NCBI GenBank assembly: GCA_019057475.1 | Contig: DXJO01000018.1 | Coordinates: 1 to 64,000, forward strand | Length of the DNA stretch: 64,000 nucleotides | Reading direction: 5' to 3' | Origin: Candidatus Thorarchaeota archaeon | GTDB taxonomy: Archaea; Asgardarchaeota; Thorarchaeia; Thorarchaeales; Thorarchaeaceae | Part shown: piece by piece, positions 18,512 to 29,565 of the stretch | Numbering within the stretch: the first letter of the stretch is position 1 | How the letters are laid out: the number at the start of each line of letters is the position of its first letter | Translations under genes and position numbers: made by a program | The notes under the pieces: generated by a model | Told to the model about the DNA's origin: nothing | The model's input: only the letters and a program-made list of their open reading frames with translations | Database searches by the model: none

Positions 18512-19062
18512 CTATTCCTGGGAGGCGTCCTCCACCGGATAGGGTATGATCCGCATTCCTAGAAGGCGAAGCCAATCACCATTTTTCGACTCCATGCCGC
18601 TTTCCGCAGAAATGTAGTCCAACATTCTCTGCTGCTGCGGCGAGAGCGTCTGCACATGCACTCTATTTGCAGAACGAGATTGCCAACCACACCATTCTCC
18701 ATCCCACAGGATTGCCACGACTTGGTGTTCCTTTCGCTCGATTATGAAGGGAAGTGCAATGTGATAAGTGAGGTCGCCACCATCAGAAGCGATTGTGACC
18801 AAAGCATCCTCGTGTACGATCCCCCCGTCTTCATCTCGCAGACGTCCTATGAAAGAATGAGCATAGGGTCTTCCCGCCATCTCAAGAAACCGTTTCGTGA
18901 CCCTGACCATATTCTCGCGGTCTTTGGGATCAGGATTCCCTGTGCAACAAAAAACAGCGCAGGCGGTTCGTGGATATTCTTCTTGCTCATGTATGTCTTG
19001 ACGAACTCATGTGCGTACTTGGCTATGACCTGCACTTCAGGGGGTCCTTCTAACTCGGTCAT
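18512..19062 (-). CDS. Hypothetical protein(s): overlapping ORFs 18847-19062 and 18512-18910, possibly one frameshifted gene
   Basis: The downstream frame is open through the overlap, near a T6 run. Confidence 0.45.
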
Positions 19063-19429
19063 GTGAATTCCTTACGTCAGGCGTCACGTAACAGTGTTAT
19101 AAACACACGGAATACACTACAGAGGCATCCTAAGACCGGTCTTGGTCAGTCGGGGTTTATCAGCGTCAGGAAGCCCCATGGGAGGAGTGTCATGGTCGCC
19201 TATCATTTCCTATCTGTTATGTATTTCATACTTGTTACAAATATGAATACATGAAGAGATGCCCCCATTCTTCTAGCATCGGGACTGCCTTCATCAAATC
19301 TTATCGACAACTGATTGAGTAACCCCTCTTGCCGATCGGCTCCATCATCCATGGAACTGGACGAGAAGAATGGGCCATCCTAAGAGTAAGACATCGGGGG
19401 GTGAGCCGTTTCTGGCTGAATCGTAGTGC

Positions 19430-20036
19430 GGATCTTTAGTAGTCAGAATTCCATCCTCATCAGGTGTGACAAAGAAGACCTTGATACTCGCGGTGTTCTT
19501 GTCAGCCGTGAGTTTGAGTTTCTAGTAGCCTGTCTGAGCGATTCTCTCTCTAGGGTGACCTTGCTTGAGATTACAGATATCACATCCCCCGATTTAGGAG
19601 GGTATATCACTAAGTCTACATCGGGAAGACGTAGCCCGAACACTCCATAGTTAGTAGCCAAGTTCCTCTTGACACGACTAGGAATACCTGAGAGCGCTTT
19701 GTTTCGTTCCAGCGTATTGCCATTCATAACCCTCAGTCCCATATCTGCGACTTCTCTGCTGATAATATGCATTATGAGTTTCTCTTGATTCCTGCTCTTG
19801 AAGGCACGCCAACTCTGTTCATGGTCTCCTCCAGTCGTTGACTTTTTTCCAATCTTGTCTATGGATCCCCTTGGCCTCATCCAACAGTTGTGAAATTCTC
19901 CTGCTCGTATTGTCCACGTTAACAACAGTATTATTAGTACCACTGAACCTGACCGCAACAAGTCGAGAACATCGTATTTTCGTAGAGCATCCCTGGTCTT
20001 GTTCACGGATTCATAGGTGGTCAGAAGGCCCGACAT
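19430..20036 (-). pseudogene. BsaWI-family type II restriction endonuclease pseudogene
   Basis: QSWRAFK...EKLI...LPDVDLVIY...SSKVTL, then a 1-nt frameshift; the shifted frame reads RERIAQTGY*KLKL...IKVFFVTPDEDG with a TAG at the usual Trp. Confidence 0.75.
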
Positions 20037-21150
20037 TCGATTGTCAGTTTGGTAGGGCAGCCTCGCACATCATGCATGATGTGGTCCTCTGGGAACCAGA
20101 TGGTCCTCCCGTAGGTGATGCATTGTCTACCATCACTGTTATGGACCGATTCCATTAGCTATCTTTCTATTGCGTGGACAAGAAACCTGTCCTTTTTCGT
20201 GTGTAGAACACTTATTCCAGAGTCCTTGTCGTGTAACCAGTTTCTTAGTAACTCAAAGGCCAGCTTGAGCTGCTCGTCGCCCTTTGCTTCTGCGTGAAGG
20301 GACTTCTCGCTCAGCGTGAGCTTTGACACCTTGACTGTTCGCCACTTCACCTCTTTTTTCATACAATCTCCTCATTCCTTGCCAATTCGCATTGGAAATT
20401 CATGCTAGCTCGCAAGTACATTGGCACCTCCGCGACATAATCATGAAGAATCTTTCTGTCGTCGAGTGTAAATCGCTTCATGGTGTACCACAGGGGGATG
20501 ACTACGCTGTAGGTGGAGAAGCCTTCAAGGAAGGTTGGTAGCAGGGATTTCCCTCTCTTCGACGGGTTGATTCTGGTCTTCAGTGATATCACCTAGGTGG
20601 TGGGCATGCAGGAAGAATATGCTGCCCCTTTTCTGAGAGTGCTGGTCATCGATGAAAGTCCAAGGGTTATGGGAACGCGCTTCATGAACGCTACTCCCGC
20701 ATGGACTTCCATCTCGAAGGGATGTCGTGATTCAGCCTTTTGTTCTCATATGGAGATCTTTTGTCAAGGCAGAATGCCCTCAGTTTCTTCTGTTAACGCG
20801 TGTGCAAGAAAGTATTATACACCACCACTGTTTCACCCATATCAGAGAGAACAGGGAATGTTGCGTCGAAGAAAGACAAAGCGGAACGACAGTGTAACAA
20901 GGACGCTCCGCAGGTTATGAGTATTGAGAAGACTTGGTCCACACCTAGCGACCCGCTCCTGCAATAGGGATACTGTTTCAGACATGGCATTTTCCAGATA
21001 GGCAGTCACGACTGTCATGTTTCATCAGCCTCCGACAGTTCAAGTGGGACCCTTTCGCCGCTCAGGCTTTGATATCATGATCCAGCAGCGGACCTAATTT
21101 GCTATGTCAATAGCAAAGCCCGTTACAAGGAGTTCTTTTTCATCCAGTCC

Positions 21151-24100
21151 TTGACCATGTTTCTCGCCTACCTTTTGGACTTCTCGGGCAGATCACCATA
21201 TTTCTTCAGCCAGCTCCTATTCGCCCCGGATGAACTGGGAAACGCGATACACGGCAACCCCATTACAGTTCCGAAAGGGTTTTCTGGCTTCAGTGATGAG
21301 TTACAGGGACGGGAGAGTGGGATTCTGTCTGTTCGCAACAGGATGATCAAGGCACTCAGAGAAGAGCTACTGGGCCCACGTGGAGGACCACACGAGAGAT
21401 TGAGAGCGCCGCAAGAAAGCCCGAAATCCGAATATATGACGGGAATACTTGAACCACAAGTCTACGACCGTGATCCGTCTCCGGAAACACTTGAAGCACC
21501 TGACACGAAACCGCTAGGTGTGGAAGAGGAAGATTTCGGAGAAGAAGATGAGGGGATTGAGGAGGAGCAGCTTTTCCCTGCCCCTCTCGGCTCAGCCTTG
21601 GACCCAAGGGCATTCGCAAAAAGCCTTGGAATATCATTCACTGTCAGGGGTGAAGATCCCAGTATCGACATCTGTGTCACGTATGGGACCTATGTCAGGG
21701 AGGGAAACTTCTATCTCAGGAAGCCTCATTCCATTATCTTGAGAAGAATAAAGGTTGACAAGGACTCGGAACTGCATCATGACGAGTGGACCACCCTGAG
21801 TTGTTTCTCGCGTAAGGGGACGGAGGGACAGCATGTATCTCTGTATTTGGTCAACAATAGGGCAATCGAGGCTCATATCGCCACTCTGCACGTTGAGGAC
21901 TTGGTCTTCCAGCCCCAGATCAGAGTGCTTCTCAATGAAGGAACAGAGAAGATTCCAGTACAAGGGAAAAGAGCCTTCGACAAGGATGAAGCACAGTTCG
22001 AGCTTCTCTTTCACGAAAAGTTGGCTTATGCCCGTGGGCATATGTGCGGTGCGACCTGGCGTGAGGAAGACCCCGAGCTTGATGCAGGGCAGATGGATCG
22101 CGTCGATGACCCCTTCACATGGATAGATGGGAAGGTCTTGGACGATGATACACGAATGCAATTCACTGCACCAGATTACAGGACAGAATACCTTCCAATT
22201 TACCTCATAGAGCAGGTAAGAATGCACCCTAAAGACGCCGACCAGTATCGACTGAGCGCGGGAAACCTGGCCGAAACATGGAGCTATAACTCCGTCTGCG
22301 AGAAGATCGAGCCCCTTTTGAATGATTATGAGCAGTGGATTGAGCAACAAGTTGCTGCCGTAGACCTACTCCCCGACGAATTGCAGACACACGCCAGGGC
22401 GGGTGTGGATTCATGTAAACGTGCAGCCGCGAGAATGCGAGAGGGACTTGCTTGTCTATCTGACGATGACGTGCGTTTGAGCTTTTGCTTCATGAACAAG
22501 GCCATTGACATTCAATTCAGGTGGAAGGATCAACAGAAGCACACCGGAAAAGAGTCCTCTGGACTCACATGGTACCCGTTTCAGCTTGCATTCATACTCT
22601 TGTGCATACCAACCATAGTGGATCGGTTACACCCGGACAGGAAGCTCTGCGACGTTTTGTGGTTTCCTACCGGTGGCGGCAAAACTGAGGCATACCTGGG
22701 CCTTGCACTCTTCTCTTTGGCGTATCGAAGAAGAAGAGGTGGTGAAGGTAATCAGCCAGGGTTGGGAACGGCTGTCCTATCACGCTATACTCTGCGACTT
22801 CTGACCGTTCAACAGTTCAGACGTGCATCAAGTGTCATCACTGCAGCAGAGCTTCTCCGTGTCAAGAACTGGAAACCATCAGAAGCACCCGAAACACCCG
22901 GAAAGCCACTGTGGGGCACGTTCAGATTTTCCGTAGGTTTGTGGGTCGGAGGCGGAGTGACTCCTAATAGAATTGCGAAGGATAGTGTGGAACCAAGCGC
23001 TATCACGGTACTGAGAGGCTTGAAGAAGGGGTCTGAACCTGCACAGATCCAGTTTTGCCCCGCGTGTGGGTCCATTCTTTCAATGACTGATTCTACGATC
23101 GATAAGGCCGGAACTACTCTCCATTTCTTGGTGCGTGCGCCATCAAGATTGCCTCAAAATCCCGTGTTTCCGGCAAGAAACATCAAAGTCAAGAAGTGCG
23201 TACACAAACACTTCCATGGTGACATACACTCTGTCCGCCTGCATATCACATCTGATAAGGCCAATGTACCAGCAGCGAATCTTGTAGAATGGTGGGAAGG
23301 AGTCGCACGACATGTTCTGAACGACTGTGAGCTGTGTTCAGTTTCTGCGAAAAGGCCTGGATACTTCATACGACAGGATGCGCTGGCCCCGAAAGGATAT
23401 GACTTCGAAATTCACTGTCCCAACGCTGATTGTGAACTCAACAGTACTTACTGGTACGAATTGGAGCCATGTGACTATGGATTGGAACCCAAGCGTCCCC
23501 TTGAACCCTTCAGGGTCAGTGAAGATGCCGCGATGCCTTATGAGATTGAGGGAGTCACTGAGATGGGTTTGCAGTTGGGAATACCCATTCCAGCCTATAC
23601 ATGCGATGACCAAGTGTATCACCGACTTCCTAGCCTAGTTATTGCTACGGTTGACAAGTTTGCCAGACTCCCCTACGAGCCGAGAGCTGCAGCGATATTT
23701 GGCAATATTAATCGCTTCGATGTGATATGGGGCTTTTTCAGAGAGGGGGTTCCACCCAAACGGAGTGTCAGTCCTATCTCGACCACTGTCAATGTGACTG
23801 GTGTAGACCCTCCCGACCTCATAATACAAGATGAATTACACCTCATTCAGGGTCCTCTCGGCACCATGGTGGGGCTATACGAAACCGCTGTGGGAGCTCT
23901 TACTACTAAGTACATAGAACTAGGTCCGATAATCCCCAAGTATATCGCGTCAAGTGCAACAGTAAGGCACTCGGAATCTCAGGTGCAAGCCGTGTTCAAC
24001 CGCACCGTCAGCTTGTTTCCACCTCAAGCTATGAATATCTCCGACAGCTTCTTCTCCCAAGAGATTAGAGCTCACCCTGTTCATAGCACAAGGCCAGGAC

Positions 24101-25164
24101 GGATCTATATGGGGGTCTGTGCACCAGGCAAAGGTGGCCATACACCAGCTGTCAGACTATGGGCCGCCGTTCTACAAAGAGCTTGGATTGAGAAGAGCGA
24201 AGGACTCGCACGACCCGAAGAAGTGGATCAATTCTGGACAGCTGTTGGCTACTTCAACGCTATAAGGGAGCTCGCAGGCGTTCGTAGTCTATACAGACAG
24301 GACATAGTTTCGCAGATTAAGAACTTGAGCAGAGGTACGACATGGGGGCCCAGGGAGATACCTCCCACTCGACTGATAGAGCTGTCCAGTAGAGTCGAGT
24401 CTGCGCAGATTCCAAGAGAACTGACACGTCTTGAGAAATACCCGGATAACCGTGTCGATGCTGTTTTGACCACGTCGATGTTTGGAACAGGGGTGGATGT
24501 TTCAAGACTGGGTCTGATGATAGTCCACGGTCAACCCAAAACGACCGCCAGCTACATCCAAGCAACAGGGAGAGTCGGTCGGAGGCAAGGAGGGCTTGTA
24601 GTCACTTTCCTGAGATCAACGAGACCTAGGGACTTGGACCATTATGAGTTCTTTGTGGGCTACCATCAGCAGTTGCTGAAGTATGTTGAGCCGATTACAG
24701 TTTATCCATACTCCGCCAGGGCCCTGGAGAGGGCTGCCGGCCCTGTGATGGTGGGCATTCTTCGAAACGCCGCGTCAGTAGGCCCAGCTGGTGTATCTCC
24801 ACACTGGGCAGAAGACGGTCAGCGCTATGCGGGTGCTCTGCGGATGGCCAGACACAGAAACGATGCGGAGATTGAGCAGGTCAAAATGGTGCTACTGGAT
24901 CGCAGCCAGAACCAACCAGAGGTGATCCAGCCGTTGAAACCTGAAGTAGAGCGTCTTGTTGCATCAGAAGTGGAGAAATGGTGGAGCTATGCTGCAAATG
25001 ACCAAGATGGACTCCTGTATGTCGAGTATGATGTTCCTTGGAGAGAGCTCCGACACTCGGTAGTTCTGGGCGATCCGGAACACGATGCAGCAGATCTGCC
25101 CACTGTGTACAAGAATGCTCCTCAATCATTGAGGGACGTTGAATCGACGACGAGGTTTGGGTGA
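21151..25164 (+). CDS. drmA: DISARM SF2 helicase DrmA (likely start ATG 21343)
   Basis: WYPFQLAF, WFPTGGGKTEAY, RYTLRLLT, TVDKFA, IIQDELH, SSAT, YIQATGRVGR, RPRDLDHYE. Confidence 0.9.
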   Translation: MTMFLAYLLDFSGRSPYFFSQLLFAPDELGNAIHGNPITVPKGFSGFSDELQGRESGILSVRNRMIKALREELLGPRGGPHERLRAPQESPKSEYMTGILEPQVYDRDPSPETLEAPDTKPLGVEEEDFGEEDEGIEEEQLFPAPLGSALDPRAFAKSLGISFTVRGEDPSIDICVTYGTYVREGNFYLRKPHSIILRRIKVDKDSELHHDEWTTLSCFSRKGTEGQHVSLYLVNNRAIEAHIATLHVEDLVFQPQIRVLLNEGTEKIPVQGKRAFDKDEAQFELLFHEKLAYARGHMCGATWREEDPELDAGQMDRVDDPFTWIDGKVLDDDTRMQFTAPDYRTEYLPIYLIEQVRMHPKDADQYRLSAGNLAETWSYNSVCEKIEPLLNDYEQWIEQQVAAVDLLPDELQTHARAGVDSCKRAAARMREGLACLSDDDVRLSFCFMNKAIDIQFRWKDQQKHTGKESSGLTWYPFQLAFILLCIPTIVDRLHPDRKLCDVLWFPTGGGKTEAYLGLALFSLAYRRRRGGEGNQPGLGTAVLSRYTLRLLTVQQFRRASSVITAAELLRVKNWKPSEAPETPGKPLWGTFRFSVGLWVGGGVTPNRIAKDSVEPSAITVLRGLKKGSEPAQIQFCPACGSILSMTDSTIDKAGTTLHFLVRAPSRLPQNPVFPARNIKVKKCVHKHFHGDIHSVRLHITSDKANVPAANLVEWWEGVARHVLNDCELCSVSAKRPGYFIRQDALAPKGYDFEIHCPNADCELNSTYWYELEPCDYGLEPKRPLEPFRVSEDAAMPYEIEGVTEMGLQLGIPIPAYTCDDQVYHRLPSLVIATVDKFARLPYEPRAAAIFGNINRFDVIWGFFREGVPPKRSVSPISTTVNVTGVDPPDLIIQDELHLIQGPLGTMVGLYETAVGALTTKYIELGPIIPKYIASSATVRHSESQVQAVFNRTVSLFPPQAMNISDSFFSQEIRAHPVHSTRPGRIYMGVCAPGKGGHTPAVRLWAAVLQRAWIEKSEGLARPEEVDQFWTAVGYFNAIRELAGVRSLYRQDIVSQIKNLSRGTTWGPREIPPTRLIELSSRVESAQIPRELTRLEKYPDNRVDAVLTTSMFGTGVDVSRLGLMIVHGQPKTTASYIQATGRVGRRQGGLVVTFLRSTRPRDLDHYEFFVGYHQQLLKYVEPITVYPYSARALERAAGPVMVGILRNAASVGPAGVSPHWAEDGQRYAGALRMARHRNDAEIEQVKMVLLDRSQNQPEVIQPLKPEVERLVASEVEKWWSYAANDQDGLLYVEYDVPWRELRHSVVLGDPEHDAADLPTVYKNAPQSLRDVESTTRFG

Positions 25165-26920
25165 AACAATGAAGGGACAGGAACTAAGACCATCTCAGTA
25201 TCTCTATTCATACGGTGTAGGGGCAATAGTCGAGGCCCCGGATGGTCCGAGGGTGATAAAATCCATCGACCAATGGGGCAACTTCTTCGATTCCCCTAAT
25301 CCGCTTGATGTTCTTAGAGAGTTCGAGATACATGACTGGCGGGCAAAATCTGTGCTCCGAGACGCACGTTTCTTCAGATTGCCCACAAATGCCGACTTGA
25401 AATACTCATCAAGTTACGTGCTCTTCAGTGCCAAGCCGTTTCCAAGGTGGGGCCTTTGCATGAAGCACTGGAAACTTGCGAGAATAAGAAGTGACGGGAA
25501 GACCGGATGTCCTGACTGCGATCCCAGCGAAAACGGAGGACCGACAGCCATCAGATTTGTTCTTGCGTGTCCAGATGGCCACCTAGCTGACATTAATTGG
25601 AACAGGGTCATACATGGAGGAAAACCATGCGGGAACGAAGTCTACGAGTGGAATGAAGAGGGGCACTCTTTGGATGAGATCCAATTGATCTGTACTGAAC
25701 CTAGCTGTCACGCCGAAACAAAGCTTGGTGCGATATACCGGACCTTTCTCCAGTGTCCAGGAATCATGCAGGAGAGTGGTGAGCAAGAGAACTGTGACAG
25801 AGATGCGCGAGTCGTGCTAAGACAAGCCAGCTACCTGAGAGTGCCGGAAGTGAGGGCTTTCCTCACAATACCACCCATCAGCACACAGCTCCATCTGGCC
25901 CTATCAGAGCCGGCTGTGAGAGCAGCCCTTCACATGCTGGATCGGCAAGACAAGCTCAGTACTGACATCATGAGAGAGGAACTGATCTCTCTGGCCAGAG
26001 AGCAGCATATGATCCGTGAAGGTGTCCTTCGTGAGATACTGAGAGCCTCTGACAGAGCGTTGCTCGAAGCGACCCGCAAGGTACTCAAGACAGGCTTCAG
26101 ACCAGAAACACTGATCGAGTCCGAGAAGCAGGAACTCGACGCCCTTAGGATCGCAGTGGAAGATGGTGCGCCCCCAGCACTGACAGCGAGTAGACCGACT
26201 CTGGAGATAGAGAAAGGCTCGTCGGAAACGTTTCCTATATCCGAGGAGATTAGTCTGAGAGTCACACCTGTGAAGCGACTAAGGACGATTTCTGTTCAGA
26301 TCGGCTATCGTCGGCTAGTGGCCAGGGATGAGATAGACCCGCGGCATGTTGAAACGGCGTACGTGAACAACGGAAAATGGTATGTGGCACTGGAGATGAT
26401 GGGTGAGGGCATCTTCATAGACCTGCCCCCGGACAATCCACTTGTCATGCCTGACTCCGAAACAGTTCGTGCGTGGCGTATGAGCTATGCTAGTGCCCCT
26501 CCAGAGGATGCATACAAGTATCATCCTGAATTTGTATGGTTGCATACCCTCTCTCACAGGGTCATAACAGCATTGGGTATAGACTCGGGCTACTCATCCG
26601 CCTCGATAAGAGAGAGAGTCTATTTCACACCAGAAAGGCAGCACATGATTGGTGGCATTCTGCTCTATGTGTCCCAAAGAGGAATGGACGGAACATTGGG
26701 AGGACTAATCGCACTGGTACGAAAGTTTGACAGGATCCTGAAAGGGGCACTCCACCAGATTGACTCATGCTCTAACGACCCCCTATGTCGGGGACGTGTG
26801 CATCATCTCGGAGCAAAGACAGGAGCAGCTTGCTATGGCTGTCTCTTGGTGTCCGAAACATCATGCGAACACAGAAATCTCTTCCTTGATAGAAATCTAC
26901 TGATGGAGACTCTAAGTTGA
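25139..26920 (+). CDS. drmB: DISARM DUF1998 protein DrmB (likely start ATG 25169)
   Basis: RPSQ..YGVGA, RFVLACPDGH, HTLSH, GYSSASIRER, GTLGGL, CSNDPLC, ACYGCLLVSETSCE. Confidence 0.9.
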   Translation: MNRRRGLGETMKGQELRPSQYLYSYGVGAIVEAPDGPRVIKSIDQWGNFFDSPNPLDVLREFEIHDWRAKSVLRDARFFRLPTNADLKYSSSYVLFSAKPFPRWGLCMKHWKLARIRSDGKTGCPDCDPSENGGPTAIRFVLACPDGHLADINWNRVIHGGKPCGNEVYEWNEEGHSLDEIQLICTEPSCHAETKLGAIYRTFLQCPGIMQESGEQENCDRDARVVLRQASYLRVPEVRAFLTIPPISTQLHLALSEPAVRAALHMLDRQDKLSTDIMREELISLAREQHMIREGVLREILRASDRALLEATRKVLKTGFRPETLIESEKQELDALRIAVEDGAPPALTASRPTLEIEKGSSETFPISEEISLRVTPVKRLRTISVQIGYRRLVARDEIDPRHVETAYVNNGKWYVALEMMGEGIFIDLPPDNPLVMPDSETVRAWRMSYASAPPEDAYKYHPEFVWLHTLSHRVITALGIDSGYSSASIRERVYFTPERQHMIGGILLYVSQRGMDGTLGGLIALVRKFDRILKGALHQIDSCSNDPLCRGRVHHLGAKTGAACYGCLLVSETSCEHRNLFLDRNLLMETLS

Positions 26921-27423
26921 CAGAACGAAAGGAACAGGTTTCAGTATTGGCAACGGGAATGGCTCTAGTGGGTGGTGGATTCAGGTCAGCGGATACCGTG
27001 GTCAGAGAACTGATTGCCGGGGCTTCGCGCGAGATTCAGATTGCCGCCTACACGATAACAGTCGGGGCAGAGGATATACTGGACCTGATTGAAGAGAAAA
27101 TGGATGAAGGAGTGAAGGTTAACATAGTAGTGAACCGTTTCGAAGAGCTGGAATCTAGAGTCAGAAACAGGTTGAATAAACTAGCACGTACGCATCCGGA
27201 ACTCTGGCTATCGGACTTCAGACCACGCGCGGGAGAAGGGGACATGCATGCCAAAGCCATGGTGTTCGACAGAGAGGTGGCTGTTGTCGGTTCCATGAAT
27301 CTATCTCATCGAGGTCTAGTGGCTGGTCATGAGATTTCAGTTGGAATACAGGGTTCTGGTGCGAGCTTGGTGGCGAAGGCTATAGACAAATTGATGCAAG
27401 ACTCAAGATCGAGAAGGCTTTAG
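26917..27423 (+). CDS. drmC: Phospholipase D-family nuclease, DrmC-like
   Basis: HAKAMVFD...GSMN (HxKxxxxD-x6-GSxN); 4-nt overlap with drmB. Confidence 0.85.
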   Translation: MTERKEQVSVLATGMALVGGGFRSADTVVRELIAGASREIQIAAYTITVGAEDILDLIEEKMDEGVKVNIVVNRFEELESRVRNRLNKLARTHPELWLSDFRPRAGEGDMHAKAMVFDREVAVVGSMNLSHRGLVAGHEISVGIQGSGASLVAKAIDKLMQDSRSRRL

Positions 27424-27424
27424 A

Positions 27425-28834
27425 ATGGGAGTCAAGAAAGAAGCTGAAATCCATATACTGAACAACCTGAGGAAGACTCATCGTGGCCTCTATGAGAGCT
27501 ACATCACTAGTTTTCGCGCAATGACATCAGAACTTAAATTAAAGAAACGAGCACTTCAATTGCAGGATATAAGAAACACCAAGCATGGAAACGTAATAGC
27601 TTTCAGGTTGGTCATGCCCAAGATGTATCATCTCTCGTTGGAGCATGCTGTGTCACGTTTCAGGCACGCGGATAAAATCCCTGCTGGCAAGCTTAGGATG
27701 AATGTCCCCGTTGGCTATATTCCAGGATACTGCCCGACTATGGACCTATTCACTGTCTTCAGGGTCCATGGCGAATTGAGCAAATTGGCACGCAGAAATG
27801 CCATGTTACCATCTGATGTCTGGCAGATAAAACAGAACGGGAAAAGAGCCTCAACATTCTCTAGTATTAACTCAATTCTGAGAGGGACAGCTCAAATAGG
27901 AAACGCAAGAGCGAAGGTTAGTGAGCTATTCAAGCAGTATCTGAACTACTTCTTCTGGTCTTTCCCTTCTAAGGGATATACTGGTTCACCCCACATGGTG
28001 CCGGGTTCTAATTTGACAAGAGCAGTATACAAGGTTACAAAGACTCTGTTCGGCTTCGAAGGAGCGACAGAAGTGACGTTGCGCACCCTGGGCCAAGATT
28101 TGGTCTTCCCGGCAGTCAAGCTCATTGGATTGATGGTACGGGGCAACACATACCAAGTTGGCAGGTGCACAGCCATTGCTACAACAGGCATACTCGAGAA
28201 ACTGAAAAAAATGAAAAGACACTATGTGATGAACGGTGCTGTGACAGAGTTTATCCGACCCAATGTGAAGCCATTCTATACATTGACACTAGTGACAGAG
28301 TTCGTTGATACCTGGCCCGAACTCCTGGCTAGTCTTTTCGGTATTGTAGCTCGCCAGAAGTTCTATTCCAGCCGGTCGCCCACGCATATTGGCGCCACAG
28401 AAAAGATATGGTCAACGGTAGATAAGATTGACCGCTATTTCGGGCAATACGTGGGATTGCCAAGAACAGTATCATTCGGGATCAAGACTGATGAAGAGCG
28501 CAAGGACTATGCTCTCCGTACACTAAGACCCATTTTTGCAGTGGAGAATGGTCAGACATATTGCCTTCCGCCAATGCTTGCCAGTAGTCTAGAATCCAGC
28601 CGGAACCTTGATGCTGTTTGCACCAACCAAGAGTCTCTTCTAAACTACCTTCGAATGACATCGAAACTACATGAAGAGATAGCGAAGCATGGTGAAAGAA
28701 ACTTGGATTTCGTCCGACTACCAGAGTTCAGTTACTTCGTAGAGCAAGGCGCCAATACTTGGGATATGGCCAAAGAAACTGTCAGTGCACTTCCGTATTT
28801 GAACTTGACTAAGACTGTGAGGAGGTTCTATTGA
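27425..28834 (+). CDS. Unknown 469-aa basic protein inside the DISARM operon
   Basis: Long ORF, 1 nt after drmC and overlapping the next gene; no motif recognised. Confidence 0.8.
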   Translation: MGVKKEAEIHILNNLRKTHRGLYESYITSFRAMTSELKLKKRALQLQDIRNTKHGNVIAFRLVMPKMYHLSLEHAVSRFRHADKIPAGKLRMNVPVGYIPGYCPTMDLFTVFRVHGELSKLARRNAMLPSDVWQIKQNGKRASTFSSINSILRGTAQIGNARAKVSELFKQYLNYFFWSFPSKGYTGSPHMVPGSNLTRAVYKVTKTLFGFEGATEVTLRTLGQDLVFPAVKLIGLMVRGNTYQVGRCTAIATTGILEKLKKMKRHYVMNGAVTEFIRPNVKPFYTLTLVTEFVDTWPELLASLFGIVARQKFYSSRSPTHIGATEKIWSTVDKIDRYFGQYVGLPRTVSFGIKTDEERKDYALRTLRPIFAVENGQTYCLPPMLASSLESSRNLDAVCTNQESLLNYLRMTSKLHEEIAKHGERNLDFVRLPEFSYFVEQGANTWDMAKETVSALPYLNLTKTVRRFY

Positions 28835-29565
28835 CATACCATATTCGGGGAACAGATTATGGCTCGCATAGTTCTTCTGGTGTTTCCAGTGTGTTCCCCA
28901 GGGAGGTGTCCATTCGCGAAGTATGTGCAGCACTTGCGAGGAAATGGAAGACCCCTGACTTGGGTAACAAAGACGACCCGCTGGACGAGATCGTCTACCT
29001 TGTTCTTGCAGGACGTACAAGAGAGCAGGCCTACCGAGATGGGTACACAAAGCTCAAGGCTAGATTCCCCAACTGGGGAATGGTTCTTGATGCAGGGCCG
29101 AAGGAATTGGAGGAGCTGATATCAGGGGGTGGCCTCGAGGAAATCAAAGCAGCCAAGATATGGGATCTGATGGCCTACTTGGCTGAAACGCCACAGGGGA
29201 TTGACCTGAGCCACCTGAAAGGAAAGAAACGCGATTTTGTGCTTGAATACCTGCTGAAGCTTCCGGGCGTTGGACTGAAGAATGCTCTATGTGTGATGAT
29301 CTACTCTCTGAACATGGATGCATTCCCTGCCGATGCCAATGTTATCCGCATCTGCAAGAGCATGGGGTGGATACCCACACAGTGGGGTCACAAGAAGTCG
29401 CAAAGAGTGTTGGCTGAACTGGTGCCTGATGAGATAGGCAGAATTCTCCATGTGAACATGGTCGTTCACGGTAGACTGATATGCAGGCCTGCGAATCCGC
29501 AATGTAGTCAATGTGTAATCAAAGGATACTGTGCATACGGAAGGAGGAGTATGGTAGGTGACTGA
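28831..29565 (+). CDS. HhH-GPD DNA glycosylase (endonuclease III-like) with [4Fe-4S] motif
   Basis: LLKLPGVGLKNA (HhH), FPADANV (catalytic Asp), HGRLICRPANPQCSQCVIKGYC (C-x6-C-x2-C-x5-C). Confidence 0.9.
   Translation: MTYHIRGTDYGSHSSSGVSSVFPREVSIREVCAALARKWKTPDLGNKDDPLDEIVYLVLAGRTREQAYRDGYTKLKARFPNWGMVLDAGPKELEELISGGGLEEIKAAKIWDLMAYLAETPQGIDLSHLKGKKRDFVLEYLLKLPGVGLKNALCVMIYSLNMDAFPADANVIRICKSMGWIPTQWGHKKSQRVLAELVPDEIGRILHVNMVVHGRLICRPANPQCSQCVIKGYCAYGRRSMVGD

Noticed and set aside
19545-19560. Programmed recoding in the BsaWI-like gene
   Set aside because: A frameshift, a stop nine codons later and a degraded C-terminus indicate decay rather than recoding.
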